Shown in pieces: positions 54,369 through 64,000 of a DNA stretch of 64,000 nt; position 1 is the first letter of the stretch; every line of letters begins with the position of its first letter. Position numbers and translations under genes: made by a program. Source of the stretch: Chrysomallon squamiferum (Eukaryota > Animalia > Mollusca); the NCBI GenBank assembly GCA_012295275.1, contig CM022665.1, positions 8,432,001 through 8,496,000 on the forward strand, in the 5' to 3' direction. Under the pieces are notes generated by a model. It did no database searches. It was not told where the DNA came from and worked only from the letters and a program-made list of their open reading frames with translations.

Positions 54369-54450
54369 CGAAACAGATTGATTTGGCTGCTACGCTGGGA
54401 GTCTCGATCAACTCGAGACTCTTGTGGCGGAAACGAGGAATTAATGTTGT
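54369..54450 (-). promoter_or_regulatory. Probable non-coding first exon / TSS region of SLC35B2
   Basis: CpG-rich patch ending in a minus-strand donor CG|GTAACA at 54368. It lies head-to-head with the gene starting near 56000. Confidence 0.5.
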
Positions 54451-54484
54451 ATTTAATACAGAAATAAACTAGCTTAGAATAAGT

Positions 54485-54485
<1 letters not shown>

Positions 54486-54524
<39 letters not shown>
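54486..54524. repeat. (CT)n microsatellite
   Basis: Direct reading. Confidence 0.95.
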
Positions 54525-54529
<5 letters not shown>

Positions 54530-54649
54530 CGTGAAAACGCAAATCAGGCTATGGTTTGCATATAAAAGACATACAAATAATAATAATAATAATAATAATA
54601 AATTAAAATAGTATATTAAAACCAAAAGCTGAATAAGCTTAACTGCAGT

Positions 54650-54767
54650 CAGTGCCAGATTAAGGCATGGGTTTCTTGAGACAAGCAAAAAGTTATTTCT
54701 TATTCTTTAATTTTTCTCTTTTGAGTACCTGTAGCCCAAATGCCCATAAAATCTTAATCTGGTAGTG
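54650..54767. mobile_element. ~118-bp degenerate MITE (hAT-like CAG start)
   Basis: TIRs CAGTGCCAGATTAAG (54650-54664) and CTTAATCTGGTAGTG (54753-54767), 13/15 complementary; no clear TSD. Confidence 0.5.
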
Positions 54768-55429
54768 GAAACATAATGTTTATATACAAAGAGAAGGCTA
54801 ATGGAAAAAAACATAAATTTAGACAAAATTATTTGAAAAGAGGCGCAGCAAAATAAAATATTAAAAACCAATGGGGCATTAGAGAATTAAGACAGTTAAA
54901 AAAAATAATAAATAAATGACAAAAGTGATATGAAGCATTTCTAAAGACGTTTATTCGTTCATTCCGTCGTATTATTAAAAAATAAATTAATTAATAATAA
55001 TAATAGTAATAATAATAATGTTATTATTATTATTATTATAATTGAAAATTAAAATAATAATTTATAAAAATGAAAATTTTATTTTTAATTATTCTTGTTA
55101 TTATTTTTAATAATATTACTACCTCAAACAAAATGAGATTATTAATATAACTTTTGTAATTGTATTATTTTTGTTATTTGTTAACTTTTGAAAATATTCA
55201 TTACAATTATTAATTTTTATTATTATTTAATAAACTGAATCATAAATACATCGACGACAATGAGTCATATTTAAAAATACATGCATGCACCTTATTTACT
55301 GCAGGTGACATCTGAATTTAAATAAGTACGTGCTTATAACATGCGCATCATTGTAAACCACGTAAATAATTATGTGTGTTTGGAAGTGTGTGTGAGTGTG
55401 TGTATGTATATATTTAACAATGAATATTC

Positions 55430-55640
55430 TGTTGTCTGATTGCATTCTGCACACAGACAATATCAGGGAATGATCTGGTACAGGAGGGCAAGTTCAGTCA
55501 CGACCTCACAAATGTCAGATGCCGCTAACGAGACTCGATCGTATGACATCCATTCGCCGCACTCTCTTGGCTGACAAACGTACACCGATACAACCTTGAT
55601 GCATGTAGGTATGCACACCAGTTACAGCAATCTCCATTAT
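55430..55640 (-). mobile_element. Probable tRNA-derived SINE relic
   Basis: GC/CpG-rich island. On the minus strand an A-box-like GGTTGTATCGGT (55595-55584) is followed ~45 nt later by a B-box-like GATCGAGTC (55540-55532). No intact cloverleaf. Confidence 0.4.
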
Positions 55641-56157
55641 CTTTAAAGGCCAACTATTCTTTATGACTATACCAAACAAAAATCCTAGATTAATGTTTAT
55701 CAAACTCCTACACAGTACGAGATTAAATATAATTAACAAATTCAGTAAACCTAATCAATAAACATTTATAAATCAATATGTCCAAACACATAATAAGAAC
55801 ACAACCATTACAACATAAACAAAAATAATAATTAATAACAGTTTTGATGATTACGATAAAGAATATGATCGCTATAGTAATAGTGATTATATGCTGCAAT
55901 TAATAATAATCTCTGTGTAAAATGTTTTGAAACTCGCGAAAACAGCAGTCTACACGAATAGCGCCGACCTGTAACCGTAGCATCAGGAAGTTTTTGTTTT
56001 GAACCTATATTTATTACCCCGAAGAAAGTCTAAGACCACGGCTCACCGATAACCTATAGAATTTACAAACAAGTCGGGCGTTTTGCGTTTTGCTAAGAAT
56101 ATTTTTCAAGGCTTGTGGCAGCAAGTGCTATAGATTGAAAACACAGACAAGTCGGAC

Positions 56158-56662
56158 ATGAAGGAAATTGTTGTTTTTTCTCTGCTTATTCTAGCTGTTT
56201 CGGTTGCTTCGGATTTAATACGTTCAAATGGAGGTAACTGATGCGATTTAATTAATTACTTATAAAATTCAATACGACGAAATGGTAAAAATATATAATT
56301 ATTCACGGAAATATTTTATACGCATTGCTATCATTAGCCTAACTTAAGAAAAACAACTGGCCTTGCTGGCTTAATGCAGTCGTTGATGTAAATACAAGTT
56401 TATAAGCAAAGTAGGCCTTTAATAAAACATGTATTTCACCATATTCTAAGATTTCAGTTATGTAATTTAGTTTTTATTAATACATGATAAAATATTTTCA
56501 GTATTATAACAGAATAAAATATAAAAAAAAAACAATTCGTTTTGTTTTAAATTATATTCTGTCACATAATTATACGCACAAACACACAAGATACGTACAA
56601 CTCTTACGATTTTTATGCAGCAATATTTAATTTGGAAAAGTTTTTTCATTTTTCTTGCATTG

Positions 56663-56701
<39 letters not shown>

Positions 56702-57632
56702 TATTCAATTTTGTAAAAAAAAAAAAAAAAAAAACGAGTGTACTTTTTACATAATTAACTCATGCTTCCATTCTGAACGAATAACCTAGTTTGACTGACT
56801 TTGGTACGAACATCGAACAAATAACTTTCTTAGTTTTACACTCATAACAATGTAAGAAATAACGTATCCTGCTCGTATTAAAAACTACTGGGTAACAGCA
56901 AATCTGGCGTTCATGTTCTGTGGAAGTGATGGAAATGTTGCAACAGAGTAAAGCTATAATTTAAACCAAATGTTAAGAGATAATAAAAAGAGGAGGTTTT
57001 TTGAAAAAGTTGGCGTTTAAATTTATCAATAAAACTCCCTAGATCGGAAGCGGCGAGCAGTATGTACAGATTTATGACAATTACTCCATATAAATAAAGT
57101 AAATTTGTCAGAAGCTTTTCAGTCTTTCTTTCTGTCTCTCTCTGCTTCAGACACATGGCAATAATGCATCAATTTGGCTGAAAAAAAAAAAAAAAAAAAA
57201 AAAATAATGTTTTAACTGTTTCTTTTAGAAATGAAACGTTAGAACAGTCGGAACTTGGTAGTCGTTGCATGCTTTGTAGAAGGACCATTTATAACATACT
57301 TTTATATTTTTCTTTTTTCTTATTCTGGCAATCCTAAAATCCTTATAAAGACTCGATAGATCCATATAGGATATTAAGGCAAACATTAAGTGCGCGTCTT
57401 CGAATTTGCGCTTTGAATGAATAAACTAATGTTTAAGGCATCAAACTATTTGGTGATTATTTGAGCATATCAACACATTTTAAAAAATATTAATGTTTGT
57501 TATATAATAGAATTTACAAAAAATAAAAGTCTCTTTATTTCCTTTCTCCTACCCCTACAAATGGCATACTGCATGTCGATTCCGTATCTACCGAATCCTG
57601 AATATTGACTATTTATTATTATAATTATCTAC

Positions 57633-57664
<32 letters not shown>

Positions 57665-58757
57665 TTAATAAAAATCTCTTTTGCAGGTGTTTATGGCGTG
57701 ATTTTTCTTTTGTTTTTAGTAGGTGGCAGCACTGAGTGGGCGTTATATTTTGATATTTTAATTTTAATAAAAGACAGATGAAGGTCTGTAATTGAGCACT
57801 TAGTGCAAGCTGGAGAGAAGGAGGACCGAACTTTTGATAAATCAGTCCTTCAAACGCAGATGAGTAGGCGTAACTCGTGAATTGTATTGTATATTGTGCT
57901 ATTGTTGCTATGTATTTGTGCTTTTTAAATGAGTGCATGGCTGCACATTGAAAGACAATAGGCCTGTCTGCTAATCGAAACAATATGCATACACATACGT
58001 ATTTTAGAATAATTTTGTGATAAATAAAATTTTCAAAACGTAACCACACATGTATTATATTTACGTTTAGTATGTCACCAGATATACAGTACAGTCAGCT
58101 GTGAAAATATTTTTGTAATAAAACTCGTTATGTTTCTACAATATGCTTTCAGGTTTACTTTACAATAACATTGTGCAGCTACACTGCCTACGCATGTTAA
58201 TATTATTTTGAAATGGAACTAAAATAAACATGTAATTTTATTAAAAAAAAAAAAAAAAAAAAAAAAATTAATTAAAAAAAGTTATAACTTTCATTTTACT
58301 AATATTACAGAAATCAACATTTAAAAAATTCTTCTTTTGTAAGGTGAGGATTTTTATATATAAAGAGTATTCTGGACAAACTACAAAAATAACAACAACA
58401 AAATAATAAATAAATAGAACAGACTAGAATAAAAGAATAACAATAACAATAAAATTAACTTTACAAGCATTTTACAAATATATATACAAATACCAACATT
58501 TATGAGTGTTTAACGTAAACTATTAAATATTTAATAATAATAGGAAAAGCCGGAAAGTATATTTTTATTGCTATAGCAATCAACTTATCTCTCTTGTTAC
58601 TACTAATAATTTATAACGGTCACAACAATGCAGAAAGTATTTTTCGCTTGTTACAATTTTGCAATTATATTATTAGACAATTGCTCGATGTCATACAAAA
58701 TATGCATAAAACGCTCTAGCACTCGTAATTCTATAGAAATGCAAGAATAAAACGGTT

Positions 58758-58834
<77 letters not shown>

Positions 58835-59213
58835 TAGTGATTTAAACGATTCGTTTGTTTTTGTTTGTTTTGAATTATATATATATATATAAAGGTACCG
58901 GACCAATTATCCAGACTCTTTGGAGCCTGAGGAAGTCCAGATTTCTGGATTTTCCGGTTTTCTGGTACCAAGGCATCTAAATACGTAAATAATTAGGCAT
59001 AAACATTTTAAAATTAAAAACACTGACGATACACAACTGTGGCGACTCGACACGTAAACAAAGCGGCGAGTGAATGAAAACCACGCGGCTTGAAAGAGTA
59101 GTTCCGGTCTGGTGAGGACAACACCCGCGTGCACGCTTTATGAAAATAGCGTCGGGAAAAAACTTCTGGTTTTCTGGTCTTTCCGGATTTCCGGACGCCA
59201 GATAATTGGTCCG

Positions 59214-59280
<67 letters not shown>

Positions 59281-59811
59281 GGCCCTATTTTAAGTTCTTT
59301 TTCGTATAATAATTTTTTTGCAAACAAACAATTTTGATATTAGAAATTAAATGTATATTATTATTATTATAGATGACAGGCTTGTATTATATTTAAATTA
59401 TAGGGACCAGTAATACGATGGTACGGGAGAACGTTTCGAATAGAGACACACACACTCTGGCTGGAATAAACGGGAACGTGAATGAAACAAATAACGCTAG
59501 CAGCCGTTCACCATCAACATCGACATCGACATCAGCTTCGAATCAAAGACAGAGATATGGCAGAAACAGACAAAGGTATAGACCAAATAATAGTAGAAGT
59601 GGTTGGCATCGACGTCCACATCATTCTACACGTGCTTCGCAGACCTCACGACACGGCAGTGAGAATAGTTCGCGGCTTGGACGCAGGATACCGTCCCCTT
59701 TTCAGGACATCCAGACTGCAAACAATTTTCTATCCAGCAACATTCGCTCCCGCGTCATGCCAAACGAACGGACGCGTGAAAACAGGGCACTCAATGCTTT
59801 GATGGCTGAGG
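56158..59811 (+). CDS. First two coding exons of an unidentified secreted protein (signal peptide followed by a Ser/Arg/Asn-rich region); probably continues beyond the window
   Basis: Exon 56158-56233 encodes MKEIVVFSLLILAVSVASDLIRSNG and ends G|GTAACT (phase 1), downstream of a CpG-rich promoter-like patch (~55930-56150). Exon 59404-59811 (tatag|GG ACC ... GCT GAG G|GTATGT) is in phase and matches ORF 59418-59873. Confidence 0.7.
58761..58829. repeat. (CT)n microsatellite
   Basis: Direct reading. Confidence 0.95.
58895..59217. mobile_element. ~323-bp non-autonomous TIR element (MITE) with subterminal 8-9 bp repeats
   Basis: TIRs GTACCGGACCAATTATC (58895-58911) and GATAATTGGTCCGGCAC (59201-59217), 16/17 complementary. 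Repeated TT(C/T)(C/T)GG units near both ends; CpG-rich interior; flanked by (TA)n and (CA)n. Confidence 0.75.
59215..59272. repeat. (CA)n microsatellite
   Basis: Direct reading. Confidence 0.95.
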
Positions 59812-61129
59812 GTATGTGCGAAGTTTTCAACAAACATTTTTATCCCAATTCTCTTGGTGGACAATGTCTTTAAAATAGAAGAAATAATAAAAACAGAAAC
59901 AAGCACAAACGTAAGTTATCAAAGAAAAAAGGAGGAAAAAAAAAAAAAAAAAAAAAATGAAAAAACAAATAAACAAAAAACAAACCCAAATAATTAACCT
60001 GATTAAAATGTTTAGTCATGCGGCTTTAGTATGCTGTTGGAAATGTATTAATCTTTTCTCTTTTTTTGTTTTCACATCTTTTAAGACAAAATGATTGACT
60101 GGAGAAAAACGTCTTTATTTTCATATTTAGGCTTATTTTTTAGAAAGTTCTTTCATTCGTTCTTTTTTTTATAAAAAGAGAAGATGAAGAAGGATTTATA
60201 AAAAATATATGTATCAATCATGCAGAATTATCTGATATAAATAAGTTTTTAAAAGTTATAAATAAATATATAAATAATAAATATTGTTTTCTTATTTTGT
60301 ACACATAATAAAATAAAACACATCATATGCAATTACAACAATAATAGTAATGTTTATGCTCCTTGTAGGGCCAGCCATAGTATTTTCAGCACCATAACAT
60401 TTTATTATTGGTGCCCAAGTTGACATGTCCTTTGTTAATTCTTTTTCATAGTTTGATCCCATGATATTAAAAACTAATAACCAGATATTTGACAATTTAA
60501 CTCCATACAAGGAATTTTCACATTTTATTATTTTTAAATTGTTTATTACTTTAACATTTTTTTGTTATATTTTGAAGATCTCATGTGAGATGGCTTCCTC
60601 TCGCTAGGTCTGGCTGCCTCAGTTACCGGTGTCAGAGAATATTTGTTTTTACCCTGAATATTTATTACTTTATGAATATTTGTTCCCCTCACTTAGTGAT
60701 TATTTTCATGTTGTTTTGTATTCTATTTGTGGTAATTTCTTGATACGGAGTGTGTCTATTGAAACTGTCTAAACACCACTGCAAATAGATTCACAAAAGC
60801 ACATTTATAACGATAGATAGGTGGAGAAATAACTGGGGACTTAATTATTACTTCCATCTTGAAAATAGATATTCCTTTTTTTTTTTTTTAAATGAAGGTG
60901 AAAACATTCATCTCTATATCAATATATTATTGGTAATTCTTTCATCAATAATCCTATTGTAGGCCTATGCATGCCCTGTCTTTGAAACATGTTGCATTTT
61001 TATCAAAATGTCAGGACCCGAGTCACTTGTTTGAACCTGAAGTGTCAAAGAAAGACCCTTCATTTTGATTTACACCAGTGATTATGATGAAGAGCAGGTC
61101 ATCAACTGGTGGTGGTGTTGAGAGGATGA

Positions 61130-61235
61130 CAGCCATAGACACTAAGTCGTACTAGGGAGGGTCAGTGACATGCTCCCTGCCAAAATTTTTTGAAAAATAT
61201 GCTGCATCCTGGTGTGTTTTGGAGACAAAAATTAC
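61130..61235 (+). mobile_element. Possible decayed DNA-transposon/MITE internal fragment
   Basis: ctagggagggtcagtgacatgctccctgccaaaattttttg...gctgcatcctggtgtgttttg resembles the 'ggggtccgggggcatgctcccc...aaaatttt...ctggtgcattct' interior I recall from invertebrate MITEs; no TIRs found. Confidence 0.3.
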
Positions 61236-64000
61236 AATTTGAAAGTAATGAATGTGCATGGTTTTCCCTGGACAAGTTTTGATTGTGGGTTTATCAAAGA
61301 ACTAAGCTTATATTCACAATCATAAGACTTCAGCAGTAAAAAGCAGTACTATATTTCTTTGAGCAACCAGTAGTCATTCAGTAAAAGTTTGTCTCTTAAT
61401 TATCATATATATTCTCATCCTGTGCACATAAATGTAATAAAAGTATACTGTTCTGCTAAATATGCATTCTCATTTATTTATCGTTTAGGAAAATCAATAG
61501 TTTAAAGAAGGAACTCGGGCCTGGATAATTTTCACCACCTTCTGCTGCTTATGACTTTATTTTTCTAATTCTTATTTCCATTTATCAAAATACTGAGCAC
61601 AATTAGCACACTGGTGTGAAAATATTGAGGAAAATGAGTTTTAAAAGATGTATTGTTATTCAAGTCTGAAGATTTCACTGTATAACTTGAAGCATAGGAA
61701 CTGTTTGCCAAATAGTTGTTCTTTGTTATATATCCATTTTGAAACAATGGTCTTAAATTGATTTTAGCATTTAAGATTTAAAGTAAATTGGTGATTTTAA
61801 TAAATAACCTGAACAGATACAAGCACACATCAATAACTAGTATACACTATAAAACTGATCATTACCAATAACAAAGTATGAATAATAATGGATCTGATAA
61901 CTTGTTTAATCAGAAACTTCACACTTAAAATATATAAGTAATATCTCACACTCTCAAGGGAAAGGATGAAAGCACATTATCACATTTCAGATCAGAGAAA
62001 ATTACTGGTAATGTTACTGTGTTGTCAGTCTGTTTTAATTTTGTAATTGGTTAGTAGGTATGCTAATACTAATAACTTTCCTGATCAATTTTTTAAATTT
62101 CATTTGAGTCTTGTTGTTCTTATGTGAAGATTACATCAATCTGGTTCTTTTACACTTATGGTTTTTATTATCTTTTTTCTTCTTTCTTTTCTTTTTTTTT
62201 TTTTTTTAATTTTCTTTAATTTTAATTTTATATTTTTTTAAGTTAGGTTTCACAAACATGAAAAAAAAAGATAAATAAAAAAAAAAATAAAAAAAAGTAA
62301 AACATTAAAACAGCAATTAAATAAACATTAACTTTTTCCATCAGTTGTTAAATGTAGGCAAAAAATAACCAACAGTTCTATTTTAGTTAAAACAAAGTCC
62401 CTAATAAATTTTAAAATGCTTCATTTTAATGTTAGTATCCACTTTTAAAGTAAATTTTCATTCAGTTAAAATGCAACATTTAAAAATTGTATTTTCCTGT
62501 ATGTTAAGCACGCGCAACACAATCTGCTAAAAAAAAAAAAAATCAAAGCAAAAACAAATTATATTAAATATTTTTCATCCATTTCCCATAAATGAAAAAA
62601 TAAATAAAATAAATGAAATACAATCAATTTTGTAAATATTTTTATTTACAGCTAACAATTTGCTATACAAGTACATGAGTAACTTGCCCATATTAAATAA
62701 CCATTAAACACAAAATTGATTGCTAGCATATAAACATGCAAAATAAACTGAAATAAAATTGCCATCACAGACTGAAAAGAGAAAAAGAAAAACATATCAC
62801 ATTTAACCATAAAATGTCCAAAGGTTTCTCAGAATTGTTCTGATTATGTTTATTTCTTCAATCCTGTCAAAAGTACCTCTGGAAACAATAACAAAAATAC
62901 TGCTTCCAGTATAAACATTGTGTCTCAGTTCAGTATTTTATTAATAAAATAATGGCAAGCAAATTTGCACAATAAGATTTTATGTGGAGATCTTCTTAAA
63001 ATGCTAGTTTTTAAATGGCAGGCATATTCTGAGTACGACTTTTCTTTCCTTGCTTTTGAAGAAATAAAATTGTTCTTGCATTTCAGTTAGTTATTCAATA
63101 TTCAGAGTAAACCATTACATACATTTAAATTTATTAGCTACATAGTGAATTATAAATACATAGGACATGAAAATACAAGAACTGGAAAATCAGAACAAGA
63201 CATTTGTTAGATACTGGACTTTGTGGCCGTGAGGTCTGACCACTTCACAGTGCCAGACCTGAAATACACATTTTTCTGCTGGGAAAATTAATGATTAATA
63301 CCAGTATGTTGAGTATTTATTTCAGCAATTCCTTTGATATTATAATACAGTATACTATTCAACACATCCTTTCCAGTGTATATATCAATATACATTTATA
63401 TAGATATACATATGATTGAGTAAAAATAAAATATTACAAATCATATAACTTTTTCATTTGACAGACATTTAGATGACATACATTTATATATATGTCAATA
63501 AAATTTCTATCAAATAAACAAGATTTATAATATTTCATTTTAGATTTATATAAATCTTTTTTTTTTTTTCTTTTTACTCCTTATCTACATTTACTAACAA
63601 CAACATACTGGCAGTAAGCAAAACCTGGAAAAGCAATGCTCTTCTTGTTTATTATAATTATCACTTATTTTAAGAAACAACACACCCTGTTAATTAGAAA
63701 AAATATCATTTTAACTATTTTTACAAGTTTATAAACAAAATTAAAAATGCACAGCACACCAGTGCTACTGTAAAATTTCTATAAAGTTCTGTTTCCATTG
63801 TTTTTCATATGTGACATTTCTGTTACTGATTTCCATAGCCAGTGGAAACCTTATTACAGTAAACTTTTTCAAATTTTGTCCAAAATTAAACTATATATGA
63901 ATAATACTGTGCTTAATCTACACATGCCAAAATTGTTTTAATACATGTTTAAAAAAGAAAAAAAGGAAAGGAAATTCTATTCAAACATTGTTAATACCAA

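Noticed and set aside
56843-57260. Small candidate exons between the signal-peptide exon and the 59404 exon (56843, 57151, 57228)
   Set aside because: Each gives an in-frame stop when entered in the required phase 1.
58756-59327. ORFs with CVCVCV, THTHTH and ERERER runs
   Set aside because: They are translations of microsatellites and the MITE.
60570-61130. Candidate third exons for the secreted protein (acceptors near 60578 and 61014)
   Set aside because: Phase-1 reading hits TGA within a few codons.

Overview
AT-rich, intron-rich animal genomic DNA (invertebrate; mollusc/lophotrochozoan-like is my inference from composition and protein divergence). I traced five recognisable genes by hand through phase-consistent splice sites: an FRMD6/Expanded-like FERM gene (minus strand, runs off the left edge), THADA (plus, 34 coding exons, ~1850 aa), an intronless BTB-BACK gene (minus, 693 aa), PRORP (plus, 6 coding exons, ~594 aa) and SLC35B2/PAPST1 (minus). 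The first two exons of an unidentified secreted-protein gene lie near the right end. The genes form three head-to-head pairs around CpG-richer promoter patches. Non-coding DNA holds several small TIR elements (MITEs), a probable tRNA-derived SINE, microsatellites and local duplications. There is no CRISPR array, rRNA gene or prokaryotic-type system. I found no clearly new multi-gene system. The best leads are the orphan secreted protein, a tandem array in the SLC35B2 3' UTR copied from its own stop-codon region, in-frame alternative first exons of SLC35B2, and the intronless BTB gene with a non-canonical propeller region.
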